DNA from: Ktedonobacterales bacterium
GTDB taxonomy: Bacteria > Chloroflexota > Ktedonobacteria > Ktedonobacterales > JADMIN01
Assembly (NCBI GenBank): GCA_030167145.1
Contig: CP126532.1
Location: forward strand, 4,740,001 to 4,772,000
Length of the DNA: 32,000 bases
Reading direction: 5' to 3'
Shown one piece after another: positions 22,450-31,361 of the stretch. How positions within the stretch are numbered: the first letter of the stretch is position 1; every line of letters starts with the position of its first letter. Position numbers and translations under genes: made by a program. The notes under the pieces are model-generated. The model made no database searches. It had not been told where the DNA came from and worked only from the letters and a program-made list of their open reading frames with translations.

Positions 22450-23283
22450 ATGGCCCCGAAGGATAGCGGCAAGTCATCCCAACGACGTGCCTCCCCGCCA
22501 TCACGTGGCGGGAAAAAGTCAGAAAACCGGCAGCCAGAACAAAAGAAATCACGACCAGCATCCAAACAGGTTCCCTCTCGCGAACCATTGACTGCTGAAA
22601 CGGCGGATACATCGCCTACTACTGTAGAGCGTGGCAAGCGCAAGCGTGTGAAGGTGGAGTCTGGCGCTGGGGCTGCGCCACAACAAGCACAGGCGACTCC
22701 CTCGGAACTGACGGATGAGAGCACACGCTCACCCGTAGCGGTGGACCAGAGCGAACAGGCGCCGGAGAGTTTGCCTGAGGCGGGTGGGATGTCACTAGAA
22801 GCGCCTGAGACGGAAGAAGAACTACTTGAGCTAGAGGCGGAGCCAGAAGAGCGAGAGCGGCCAATTGCGGCAACTGCGCCGACGAGCCGAGGTGAGCGCC
22901 GCGCCGCACACGCCAATGCGCTGGGCCTCTTTATCGAGCGGCAGTTCGCGAAAAAGGAGTCGCCGTGTCATTCGTATTCCGATTTGGAGCGGCATTCAAA
23001 TATCTCACGGGAAGCATTGAGCAGATATGTGACGTCACGCGCTGACCGCAGGCGTGCGCCAACCATAGATACGATGGTTGCGATTGCGGATGCGCTGCGT
23101 GTCTCGCTGGAAGGTGTCGCGCGTGCGGCAGCGGCATCGGTGACGGGCGTCGTGCCACCGCCAGAGGATGTGCAAAAGGCCCGCGAAGAAGCGCTAGGCG
23201 CGCTGGTGGCGCCGCTCAGTGACGCACAGTTCAACGCTGTGGCCGAGTTGCTGCGGCAGATGCGCCCGGAACGCGAAAAATAG
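22450..23283 (+). CDS. XRE-type helix-turn-helix DNA-binding protein with long disordered N-terminal region
   Basis: GAAGGAGGTGG RBS before ATG 22450. The first ~170 aa are K/R/E/P/S-rich low complexity. The C-terminal HTH is SYSDLERHSNISREALSRYVTSRADRRRAPTIDTMVAIADALRVSLEGV. Confidence 0.75.
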   Translation: MAPKDSGKSSQRRASPPSRGGKKSENRQPEQKKSRPASKQVPSREPLTAETADTSPTTVERGKRKRVKVESGAGAAPQQAQATPSELTDESTRSPVAVDQSEQAPESLPEAGGMSLEAPETEEELLELEAEPEERERPIAATAPTSRGERRAAHANALGLFIERQFAKKESPCHSYSDLERHSNISREALSRYVTSRADRRRAPTIDTMVAIADALRVSLEGVARAAAASVTGVVPPPEDVQKAREEALGALVAPLSDAQFNAVAELLRQMRPEREK

Positions 23284-23320
23284 GGTGATGGGCGCGGCAG
23301 TTAGATGCGAGCGCAGATGC

Positions 23321-23908
23321 CTATTCGTCAGTGTCGTCTGGAGCTGCTGTGCCAGTGGGGTCGCCGATGACGGCCAGTACGTCGTTCTGCGCGACGGTCT
23401 GCCCGCGCGCTACACGAATTTCTTTGACCACGCCCGCACGCGGCGTGGTCAGGTCGTTTTCCATCTTCATGGCTTCTAGAACGATGGCCGTCTGGCCTCG
23501 CTTGATTTCTTGACCCGCACTCACGAGAATATTCGTGACCAGACCAGGCATGGGTGCGCGAATGGTGGCATCACCAGAGATGTGCGCTCCGCCCGCCAGG
23601 CTCGCCAGCGCCTCGGTGCGCTCGTCGTGAACGGTGACGACGTAGGGAAAACCAGACAGGTGAATCTCGATGGTGCGGGCCACGCTCTCGCCACTATCGT
23701 CGGGATCTTCGATGGCGCGTGCATAGACATCGTAGGATTTTCCGCCGGTGAGCAGACTATAATGACTGGTTGCAGCATCACGATCCGCAGCTAACGGCTG
23801 CCAGTCGAGCCGCATTTCGTGCCCGTCAACGGAAACTCGGCGCACGTGGCCATTGTCTTCCAAGTCAATCGTATATTTGCGTCCACTGATGGTGGCGACG
23901 TAGCGCAT
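23321..23908 (-). CDS. Stand-alone biotin/lipoyl-attachment (BCCP-like) domain protein
   Basis: 195 aa from MRYVATISGRKY. The C-terminal biotinyl domain APMPGLVTNILVSAGQEIKRGQTAIVLEAMKMENDLTTPRAGVVKEI carries the canonical EAMKM biotinylation motif. Confidence 0.8.
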   Translation of the reverse strand: MRYVATISGRKYTIDLEDNGHVRRVSVDGHEMRLDWQPLAADRDAATSHYSLLTGGKSYDVYARAIEDPDDSGESVARTIEIHLSGFPYVVTVHDERTEALASLAGGAHISGDATIRAPMPGLVTNILVSAGQEIKRGQTAIVLEAMKMENDLTTPRAGVVKEIRVARGQTVAQNDVLAVIGDPTGTAAPDDTDE

Positions 23909-24050
23909 GCGGTTCTCCGAATGAAGATGATAGAAAGACGCACAGGCGGGCACATGGGATTGAGCGGCGCTTGCGCACTGTGTGTCAGTGTAACATGAAA
24001 CAATCAGCGGGGCTAGCCGCGAAGTTGGCAAATGTCGGGCATGCGGCGCG

Positions 24051-24590
24051 CTACTGTTCGATTTGCTTGCGCAACTCTGCGCGCCGTGCCGCATACAACT
24101 CAAGCCGTCTGAGCAGGTTGGCCTGCATCTCCTGCAAACCAGCGAGCTTCTCTTCGACCAGCTTTAACTGGCGGTGGGCAATTTCTTCGCCGACATCCAG
24201 CAATTTGAGGCGGGCATGTGGGTCGGTTTCTGCTTTGAACGCCTCGCGCGTGTGCTCACGCTGTTCTTCCGCCTCGGCGATTTCACGAATCTCTTTGAGG
24301 GAAAAACCTAAGAGGTCGCGTAGTCGCTTGATGCGTTCAAGATGCGCGATGTCGGCTTCGCTGTACAGCCGGTAGCCGCCATCGGTGCGGGTGGGTGGGT
24401 CGAGCAGGCCGATTTCCTCATAATAGCGCAACGTCCGCTTTGTCAATCCGGTGCGGCTGGACACCTGCTCGATACGAAAGTAGCCTTCACCAGGCTCTGT
24501 GGGTGGTGTGTCAGCGATGTAGGGGATTACTTCTGGTGCGTTTAGCTCCTGGTTGATGTGAGCCTTCGGCGGGGTGGTGTTATCCGACAT
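24051..24590 (-). CDS. MerR-family transcriptional regulator
   Basis: HTH YFRIEQVSSRTGLTKRTLRYYEEIGLLDPPTRTDGGYRLYSEADIAHLERIKRLRD, followed by a coiled-coil dimerisation helix. AGGA RBS before ATG 24590 (alternative start ATG 24605). Confidence 0.85.
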   Translation of the reverse strand: MSDNTTPPKAHINQELNAPEVIPYIADTPPTEPGEGYFRIEQVSSRTGLTKRTLRYYEEIGLLDPPTRTDGGYRLYSEADIAHLERIKRLRDLLGFSLKEIREIAEAEEQREHTREAFKAETDPHARLKLLDVGEEIAHRQLKLVEEKLAGLQEMQANLLRRLELYAARRAELRKQIEQ

Positions 24591-24816
24591 GCGCGCTGTC
24601 CTCATGCGATGAAGCAAATGTGATGCGAGTTTAGCTCTCTACGGTATGTATTGTATGCGCTTGTGCTTGGCCACCGCCATTCTTCGCACTCGTCGCTCCA
24701 TCTGTCGGTTCGCGTTGTGGCGCGCTGAAGCGATGCGGTAAAATGGACATGAGACTGAGGTTGGGTGGCCAGATGACGCCGCAAAGCGCGAAGACACGCA
24801 GAAAGTAGGTGGGCAC

Positions 24817-26346
24817 GTGCGCGATAGCGCTGACGCGACCGATTCTCTCGATGCCGCTTCCCTTGAAAAGGAGGCGGACTTCTTGCGGTGGGATGATGAA
24901 CCAGATCGCCCACGAGAGGCATGCGGTGTCTTCGGCATCTATGCCCCAGGAGAAGACGTCGCCCGTGTCACCTATTTTGGGCTGTACGCGCTTCAGCACC
25001 GCGGGCAAGAAAGCGCGGGAATCGCGACCAGTGATGGGGTACATCTGGCATTGCGCCGCCAGATGGGTCTCGTTGCGCAGGCGTTCACGGAAGACGACCT
25101 CGCCAATCTTCGCGGGTACATCGCCATTGGCCACACACGCTACTCCACCACCGGCTCTAGCCGGATCGAGAATGCTCAGCCGTTTCTCCTCGATAGCTCC
25201 CTCGGCGCGTTCGCGCTGGGCCACAATGGCAACCTCACCAATACCCTCACTTTGCGCGACCGCCTGTTGCGCGAAGGCGAAACACTCGCCACGACCAGCG
25301 ACAGTGAGATCATTGCGCGCATGATCGCCATCTCCCCCGGCGCGACGTTTGCCGAGAAGCTGCAACATGTTATGCCGCAGCTTCAGGGTGCCTACAGTTT
25401 GGTGTTGCTGACGCCAACTGAGTTGATTGGTGTGCGGGATCCGCATGGCGTGCGGCCGCTCACTATCGGACGAGTGCAGGAGCATTGGGTCATCGCATCG
25501 GAGAGTTGCGCCATCGAAACAGTGGGCGGCGAAGCCGTGCGGGATGTAGCGCCTGGCGAGGTCGTGGTGGTGCGTGGCGATGGCCACGGTGGCTTGACAT
25601 CGTATGTCGGTAATGCAGAAACGCTGCCTGCTGCATGTCTCTTCGAGTATATCTATTTCGCGCGGCCCGACAGCAGCATCGGGGGGCGGTCGCTCTATCT
25701 CGCGCGGCAGCGTATGGGTGCGCAACTTGCCGCTGAATTTCCGGTGGATGCGGATGTCGTCATTGGCGTACCAGATTCCGCGACCCCTGCCGCGGCTGGA
25801 TATGCCGCAGCACGCGGGCTACCCTATGCAGATGGCCTCATCAAAAATCGCTATATTGGGCGCACGTTCATCCAGCCGGATCAACGCTTGCGACAGCTTG
25901 GCGTGAAGATGAAGTTCAATGCGCTGGGCGCGGTGCTCAATGGCAAGCGCGTGGTGATGGTGGATGACAGTATCGTGCGCGGCACGACGATTCGCCCGCT
26001 GGTGAAGCTACTACGCGACGCGGGGGCAAGCGAGGTCCACCTGGGCATTACGTCGCCGCCGTTTCGCTGGCCCTGTTATCTCGGCCTCGATGTGGCGAGG
26101 CGGCACGAGTTGATTGCGGCGCGTTTGCCGAATGCGGAGGCCATCGCGCGAGAAGTCGGCGTAGATAGCCTGCATTATCTTACCCTTGATGGGTTGATCG
26201 CCGCCATTGATCTGCCGCGCGAAACCTTCTGTAGCGGATGTTTTACTGGCGTCTATCCGATGCCGGTGCAGATGGAACTTGCCGACCGGCTGATGCTGGA
26301 GCAAGAGCAGAAACTCGAACAGGTCGCCAGCGCGTCCATATCGTAG
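24817..26346 (+). CDS. purF: Amidophosphoribosyltransferase
   Basis: The Ntn-glutaminase Cys (..EACGVFGIYA) sits after a propeptide. GLYALQHRGQESAGIA, PRTase motif VVMVDDSIVRGTT, and C-terminal Fe-S ligand Cys CSGCFTG are present. GTG 24817 follows AGGTGGG. The start is uncertain because the propeptide would be an unusually long ~35 aa. Confidence 0.9.
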   Translation: MRDSADATDSLDAASLEKEADFLRWDDEPDRPREACGVFGIYAPGEDVARVTYFGLYALQHRGQESAGIATSDGVHLALRRQMGLVAQAFTEDDLANLRGYIAIGHTRYSTTGSSRIENAQPFLLDSSLGAFALGHNGNLTNTLTLRDRLLREGETLATTSDSEIIARMIAISPGATFAEKLQHVMPQLQGAYSLVLLTPTELIGVRDPHGVRPLTIGRVQEHWVIASESCAIETVGGEAVRDVAPGEVVVVRGDGHGGLTSYVGNAETLPAACLFEYIYFARPDSSIGGRSLYLARQRMGAQLAAEFPVDADVVIGVPDSATPAAAGYAAARGLPYADGLIKNRYIGRTFIQPDQRLRQLGVKMKFNALGAVLNGKRVVMVDDSIVRGTTIRPLVKLLRDAGASEVHLGITSPPFRWPCYLGLDVARRHELIAARLPNAEAIAREVGVDSLHYLTLDGLIAAIDLPRETFCSGCFTGVYPMPVQMELADRLMLEQEQKLEQVASASIS

Positions 26347-26366
26347 AGAACAAATGCGAGGTCCGT

Positions 26367-26732
26367 ATGCCCAGCTTGCGCGATACCCTTTCACGCCTGT
26401 TATCCATCCCTGGCGTCAGGGCCACCGTGCTCGTTGGGCGCGAAGGTTTGCCTATCGAGACGGCGGGCAGGAGTGACGAGCGTTTACTTGAATCGCTAGG
26501 AGCGTTAGGCGCGAGTGCGTTTGGCACTGCCGAAGCGCTGGGCCACGAGATGGGTCAAGGCCGCGCGGTCGCCGCGATTTTGGAATATGAAGGTGCGCTG
26601 GTCAGCGTTGATCCGCTGGGCGAGTACGCGGTCCTCGTCACGCTGGCGGAGAGCGCGGCGAGCCTGGCGAGTGTCCGGCAGATGGCCCGCTCCAGCCGTG
26701 ATGAGATATTGCGCCAGCTTGATTTGCGCTAA
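26367..26732 (+). CDS. Roadblock/LC7 (MglB-like) domain protein
   Basis: 121 aa. LLSIPGVRATVLVGREGLPIETAG....LGALGASAFGTAEALGHEMGQG....ILEYEGALVSVDPLGEYAVLVTLAE fits the Robl_LC7 alpha-beta-alpha pattern. Confidence 0.75.
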   Translation: MPSLRDTLSRLLSIPGVRATVLVGREGLPIETAGRSDERLLESLGALGASAFGTAEALGHEMGQGRAVAAILEYEGALVSVDPLGEYAVLVTLAESAASLASVRQMARSSRDEILRQLDLR

Positions 26733-26775
26733 GATGGTGACAGGCCTCTACGCGGCCATGCTGTGGGAGTGATTG

Positions 26776-27819
26776 ATGAGCAATACAGCCGATGCCTACA
26801 CCCAGGCTGGCGTGAATCTAGATGAAGCCGACGATGCCAAGCTGCGAATGCGCGAGGCTGTGCACGAGACGCATATTCCCGGCGTACTCGGCGGATTGGG
26901 CCATTTCGGCGGTCTCTTCGACATCAGCGTGCTCGATATGAGTCAGCCAGTGCTGGTCTCTTCGATAGATGGTGTGGGCACCAAGCTGAAGGTAGCGTTC
27001 GCGCTGAACCGACATGCCTCGGTTGGCGCTGATCTCGTCGCACATTGCGTAGACGACATTCTGGTCTGCGGAGCGCGCCCGCTGTTCTTTCTCGATTATC
27101 TTGCGCTAGGAAAGATGGATGCGGATCAGGCGGTGGAAGTGGTACGCGGTGTGGCGGAGGGCTGTCGTGCGGCGGGGTGTGCGCTGATCGGCGGCGAGAC
27201 CGCCGCGATGCCAGGCTTCTATGCAGCGGGGGAATATGATCTGGCGGGATGTATTGTCGGCGTCGTGGAACGTAGCCGGATCGTTACTGGTGAGGCGATC
27301 CGTGCGGGTGATGTGGCGATAGGCTTTCCATCGCTGGGACTGCATACTAATGGCTATTCGCTTGCTCGGCAGGTGTTTGATGGCGATGACCTGGGCCAAT
27401 TTGTGCCGGACGTTGGGCGCACGCTTGGGGATGAGTTGTTGCAGCCGCACCGCAATTATCTGCCCGCCGTTACGCCATTGCTTGATGCGGACGTCGTCAC
27501 TGGAATGGCGCATATTACCGGTGGGGGATTGGTAGATAATCTGCCACGCGTCTTGCCTGATGGGCTGGCCATCACGCTCGACGCTACGACCTGGGATATA
27601 CTCCCAATTTTCCATTTGATCCACCAACGAGGCGAGATTGCGTGGGGTGAGATGCAGCGGATTTTCAATCTGGGACTTGGCTATATCGTGCTGTGCCGTG
27701 CGGCTGACGCCGACCGTGCGCTTGCGCTCGCCAGCGCGCAGGGCGGCCGCCGGGTCGGGGTCATTCACGAGCAGCAACCGGGTGAATCGCGTGTATACGT
27801 GGAAGGATTGCCTGCATGA
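26776..27819 (+). CDS. purM: Phosphoribosylformylglycinamidine cyclo-ligase (AIR synthetase)
   Basis: YTQAGVNLDEAD, GGLGHFGGLFD, DGVGTKLKVA, DLVAHCVDDILVCGARPLFFLDY, GCALIGGETAEMPG-type motif (GGETAAMPGFY). GGGAG RBS before ATG 26776. Confidence 0.92.
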   Translation: MSNTADAYTQAGVNLDEADDAKLRMREAVHETHIPGVLGGLGHFGGLFDISVLDMSQPVLVSSIDGVGTKLKVAFALNRHASVGADLVAHCVDDILVCGARPLFFLDYLALGKMDADQAVEVVRGVAEGCRAAGCALIGGETAAMPGFYAAGEYDLAGCIVGVVERSRIVTGEAIRAGDVAIGFPSLGLHTNGYSLARQVFDGDDLGQFVPDVGRTLGDELLQPHRNYLPAVTPLLDADVVTGMAHITGGGLVDNLPRVLPDGLAITLDATTWDILPIFHLIHQRGEIAWGEMQRIFNLGLGYIVLCRAADADRALALASAQGGRRVGVIHEQQPGESRVYVEGLPA

Positions 27820-28457
27820 ACGTGCCGGAGCAGGTTGAGGGGCGTCTCCCCATGCTGGGAGTGCTGGTCTCTGGCCGAGGGAGTAATCTGGAAGCGATCT
27901 TCGACGCGATTGATCGCGGTGAGTTGCGCGCCCGTGTTGGGGTGGTTCTCTCTAGCAAGGCCGACGCTCCAGCGCTTGAGCATGCGACACATCGCGGTAT
28001 CGCCACGGTGGTTATCGCGCCGAAGCAGTATGCTTCGCGAGCGGCGGAAGGTGAGGCGATTGTCGAGGCATTGCGAGCGGCAATGGTGGACCTTGTTGTG
28101 CTGGCGGGTTATGCGCGTATTTTCGATCCGTGTGTGGTACAGGCATTCCCCCTGCGCATTCTCAATATCCACCCCTCGCTCCTGCCGTCGTTCGCGGGTG
28201 GTATGGCTCCGCGGCCGCAGCGCGAGGCGCTGGAGGCTGGAGTTAAGATCAGCGGCTGCACGGTTCACTTCGTGACGGAAGACGTGGACGCGGGGCCGAT
28301 TGTCGCGCAGGCCGCAGTGCCCGTGTTGGATGACGATACGGTTGCGACGCTTGCGGAGCGCATTTTGGAGGCGGAACACCAATTGCTCCCGCAGGCCATC
28401 GGGAGAGTCCTTTCAGGGAGGGTGCGGCTTGCTGGGAAGCGAGCCAGCGTGGAGTAG
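27816..28457 (+). CDS. purN: Phosphoribosylglycinamide formyltransferase
   Basis: ATGA overlap with the purM stop. LVSGRGSNLEAI, VLAGYARIF, NIHPSLLPSFAG, SGCTVHFVTEDVDAGPIVAQ. Confidence 0.9.
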   Translation: MNVPEQVEGRLPMLGVLVSGRGSNLEAIFDAIDRGELRARVGVVLSSKADAPALEHATHRGIATVVIAPKQYASRAAEGEAIVEALRAAMVDLVVLAGYARIFDPCVVQAFPLRILNIHPSLLPSFAGGMAPRPQREALEAGVKISGCTVHFVTEDVDAGPIVAQAAVPVLDDDTVATLAERILEAEHQLLPQAIGRVLSGRVRLAGKRASVE

Positions 28458-28472
28458 CGCGGCAGGACATGG

Positions 28473-28500
28473 AAAAGCCAGGGCAGACATCTGCCCTGGC
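28473..28500 (-). terminator. Hairpin terminator shared by convergent purN and RRM genes
   Basis: Perfect 10-bp stem GCCAGGGCAG (28477-28486) / CTGCCCTGGC (28491-28500), loop ACAT. The U-run (TTTT) is present only on the minus-strand side. Confidence 0.6.
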
Positions 28501-28524
28501 TCCTGATACACAGCGCGCTAACGG

Positions 28525-28971
28525 CTAGTAGTAGTCGTTGCGGCGGCGCGGCTGCCCATAGCGGTCATCGTCGTAACCGCCGCCACGGGAGTAATCGCGA
28601 CGCCCACCACGGCTGCCGCCGCCGTAGCCGCCACGGTCACTGCCGCCACCATAACCACCGCCGCCGTAGCCGCCGCCACCATAACCACCGCCGCCGTAGC
28701 CGCCACCGCGGCTTCCGCGTTCGGGGCGCGGCTGCGCCTCATTCACGCGAATGGTGCGATTGCCAAGCATCGTGCCGTTCAGCGCGGCAATAGCCTTGTG
28801 GGCATCCTCATCATTCGCCATTTCAACAAAGCCAAAGCCCTTGCTCTGGCCCGTGCCACGATCCATCACGACCGAGGCTTCCACGACATCGCCGAACGCA
28901 CTAAACAACTGCTGCAACTGCTGATCGTCAGCAGAGTAGGGCAGATTCCCTACATAGATACGGGTGGCCAC
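28525..28971 (-). CDS. RRM-type RNA-binding protein with glycine-rich (GGYGG) tail
   Basis: AAGGAG lies 5 nt before GTG 28971. RNP2 IYVGNL and RNP1 KGFGFVEM are present. The C-terminal tail is RGGGYGGGGYGGGGYGGGGYGGGSDRGGYGGGSRGG. Confidence 0.9.
   Translation of the reverse strand: MATRIYVGNLPYSADDQQLQQLFSAFGDVVEASVVMDRGTGQSKGFGFVEMANDEDAHKAIAALNGTMLGNRTIRVNEAQPRPERGSRGGGYGGGGYGGGGYGGGGYGGGSDRGGYGGGSRGGRRDYSRGGGYDDDRYGQPRRRNDYY
28645..28704. repeat. Perfect 30-bp tandem duplication inside the Gly-rich tail coding region
   Basis: GCCACCATAACCACCGCCGCCGTAGCCGCC occurs twice back to back (28645-28674 and 28675-28704). Confidence 0.9.
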
Positions 28972-29336
28972 TCAGGCTCCTTCATTTCAATCTCACTCAG
29001 CGCGGATGCCGAGCGTTCTGCCGCACATGCACGGGCACGAGGCAGTCAAACAACTTCCGAAACAACGAACAATCCAGTCGCGGCGTCGCTCGAAGGAAAC
29101 TCCACGTTCTCTCAGCATGGCGGCCATTCTACGAAGCGCGTTCGCGATACCTGACCTGGGTAGCATATCACATAACTAAGTCAATTGCGCAATCTGGATA
29201 GTGTTGGATGGCGCGGACACCGTGAGTGCGCGAAATGGTGCGACTCGCAACGTATATAATACGCGGGTTGAGATCGCGCTGACTTCAGGCGCGGGTTGAC
29301 GACAACGCAGTATGTCGAGTTCTTGGGGAGACTGTA

Positions 29337-30251
29337 GTGGACGAGTTAGAGGCCATCAGCGAGGCACTGGCGCCTAGCCGCTGCTTCATGCACCTGGATG
29401 ATGAATATACCGATTTCGCGACGGCGCGAGTGGTTGTGGCGCCCGTGCCCTTCGATGGCACGACCTGCTATCGGCCTGGGACGCGCGAGGGTCCACAAGC
29501 GATCATAGATGCTTCGCGCAATCTTGAATTGTACGACCCGGAACTGCGGCGATCACCGTATACAGTGGGCATCGCTACGCTGCGAGCCGTTGAGCCGGTG
29601 ATGGGCAATGCAGCGGGTATGGTGGATCGCATAGAGCAGGTGACGGCGCATCTGCTAGAGCGCGGGAAATTCGCCGTCACCCTTGGCGGAGATCATCTCA
29701 CCTCGATTGGAGTGGTACGTGCCTTTGCCAAGCGGCACCCAGCACTGAGCGTGCTCCAGATAGACGCACACGCCGACCTGCGTGACGAATACGAAGGCAA
29801 CAAGCTCAGTAGCGCGACGATCATGCGCCGAGTGCTGGAGGTGTGCCCGCGTACAGCGCAGGTGGGCATCCGCAGCCTAAGTGAGCCAGAGGCACGGCTT
29901 GTGGACGAACGGCGCTTGCCGATGTGGCTTGCCAGCGACATTCACCGGCAAACGCTGCGTGGTGAGCGTAGTTGGATTGAGGAAGTCGTAGACTCGCTCA
30001 GCGACGAGGTGTATGTGACAATAGACATAGATGCGTTCGATCCATCACTGGTTCCTGGGACGGGTACGCCTGAGCCAGGGGGCCTGGGTTGGTATGATGT
30101 GATTGATCTGCTAGCGGCGCTCACGGCGCGGAAGCGGGTGGTCGGTTTCGATGTCGTGGAGTTGTCACCGCTTGTCGAAGGGCATGTAAGCCCTGTCGTA
30201 GCGGCAAAGCTCGTGTATAAATTGATCGGAATGACGACGGTAGCGCAATAG
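29337..30251 (+). CDS. speB: Arginase-family ureohydrolase, most likely agmatinase
   Basis: GTG start after GGGGAG. Mn-site motifs GGDHLTS, QIDAHADLRDEY, TIDIDAFDPSLVPGTGTPEPGG, DVVELSP. Confidence 0.8.
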   Translation: MDELEAISEALAPSRCFMHLDDEYTDFATARVVVAPVPFDGTTCYRPGTREGPQAIIDASRNLELYDPELRRSPYTVGIATLRAVEPVMGNAAGMVDRIEQVTAHLLERGKFAVTLGGDHLTSIGVVRAFAKRHPALSVLQIDAHADLRDEYEGNKLSSATIMRRVLEVCPRTAQVGIRSLSEPEARLVDERRLPMWLASDIHRQTLRGERSWIEEVVDSLSDEVYVTIDIDAFDPSLVPGTGTPEPGGLGWYDVIDLLAALTARKRVVGFDVVELSPLVEGHVSPVVAAKLVYKLIGMTTVAQ

Positions 30252-31203
30252 CTCGTGCATAAGCTGATCGGAATGACGACTTTAGCATAGCGGCAACTCG
30301 CTTCAGCGGTGGAGCGGTTGGCATCGGTTCGTCAACGACTCCACTTACGAGTATGTGGTCATCCAGTGTGTTTCCCGCCGGCATGCTTGCGGTTGCGTCG
30401 CGTGGCGAAAAGATTGGGGCATTGGGCGCTGGCTCGTTTGCTCGCGTTATGGGCATGAGGGGTGGTGGTTGAGGAAGTGGTCCGTCATGTACGGGGCGAG
30501 CCATAGGGCGAGCTAGGGGGGCTTGTGCTGACGTATGGCGCTGGATGTGTAGGACACGGCGCACCCAGGCGCGCTGGCCAGATGTGAGGCCAACGCCGCC
30601 CAGATAGCCGGCGAGCAGGACCGCTGCGGCGATGCCATAGGCGCTGAGCGCGAGCCACGTGCGGTTGTTCCAATGAAGCTCTGACAGCACGACCGGTGCG
30701 GCGAATCGCAGCGCATAGAAGAAGATCAGTCCAGTGATGAGACAGAGGAGGAAGCCTGGCGGCAGAAAGATCCGCCGCCAGCCGCGCTGGTGAGCGCCAA
30801 TGGCGAGCATGAGCAATGCGCACACAAGCATGAGATACACGCCACATATCAGCGCGGTGCGGCCAAGCAAGTTGAGCGCGCCAAATGATGCGATGACGCG
30901 CTCGGAATGGCCAGTGGCAAAGAAATTGCCCAGGTCGAGGAGGAGTCGCACGAATGCGACGGTAGCCCAGCAGCCAACAGCTACGACCATCAGCAGAGGC
31001 GCAAGCAAGATGAGCGCAATGCTAACCGACAGCAGTCTGGTCAACCAGGGCCAGATGTACATCCTGCGGGGCTTGAATTTCGCGCCTGGTTCGGGAAGCT
31101 TATCAGCGGAATCTGGAGAGGGGGCTGGTGAGCGCGGCGCGGCGGCCACGTAGAGGTCATCGGTTTGTACGCTTTCTGGGGTCCACTGATTCGAGATGTC
31201 CAC
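30121..31203 (-). CDS. Hypothetical polytopic membrane protein
   Basis: GAGGGAG RBS before GTG 31203. Pro-rich N-terminus, then about 6 hydrophobic helices (LLSVSIALILLAPLLMVVAVGCWATVAFV, LICGVYLMLVCALLMLAIGA, LLCLITGLIFFYAL, LALSAYGIAAAVLLAGYLGGV). The C-terminal 131 nt overlap the speB 3' end. Confidence 0.6.
   Translation of the reverse strand: MDISNQWTPESVQTDDLYVAAAPRSPAPSPDSADKLPEPGAKFKPRRMYIWPWLTRLLSVSIALILLAPLLMVVAVGCWATVAFVRLLLDLGNFFATGHSERVIASFGALNLLGRTALICGVYLMLVCALLMLAIGAHQRGWRRIFLPPGFLLCLITGLIFFYALRFAAPVVLSELHWNNRTWLALSAYGIAAAVLLAGYLGGVGLTSGQRAWVRRVLHIQRHTSAQAPLARPMARPVHDGPLPQPPPLMPITRANEPAPNAPIFSPRDATASMPAGNTLDDHILVSGVVDEPMPTAPPLKRVAAMLKSSFRSAYARAIALPSSFRSIYTRALPLRQGLHALRQAVTTPRHRNRPPASAP
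30209..30290. repeat. About 42-bp tandem duplication of the speB 3' end
   Basis: GCTCGTGTATAAATTGATCGGAATGACGACGGTAGCGCAATA (30209-30250) is followed by GCTCGTGCATAAGCTGATCGGAATGACGACTTTAGCATAG (30251-30290). Both copies end in TAG in the speB frame (..KLVYKLIGMTTVAQ* then LVHKLIGMTTLA*). Confidence 0.85.
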
Positions 31204-31361
31204 GGGATGGCTCCCTCGCCGCGCTGCGGTGCATATCGGGCAGCGATCACGACCTGCCGCGCCATCTAATACACGAATGAGCCAGGCAATGTGTTACGAT
31301 GTATCATGCCAGCAATGGCGCTGGTGTGACGAATTACCACCGCGAGAGGCTCAGGCGCCCA

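Noticed and set aside
23909-24103. Upstream extension of the BCCP-like ORF to 24103
   Set aside because: The extension overlaps the 3' end of the MerR gene and is C/S/A/H-rich. ATG 23908 has a GGAGAA RBS and begins the conserved domain.
24631-25725. 364-aa minus-strand ORF
   Set aside because: It is antisense to purF, whose motifs are unambiguous, so it is a shadow ORF.
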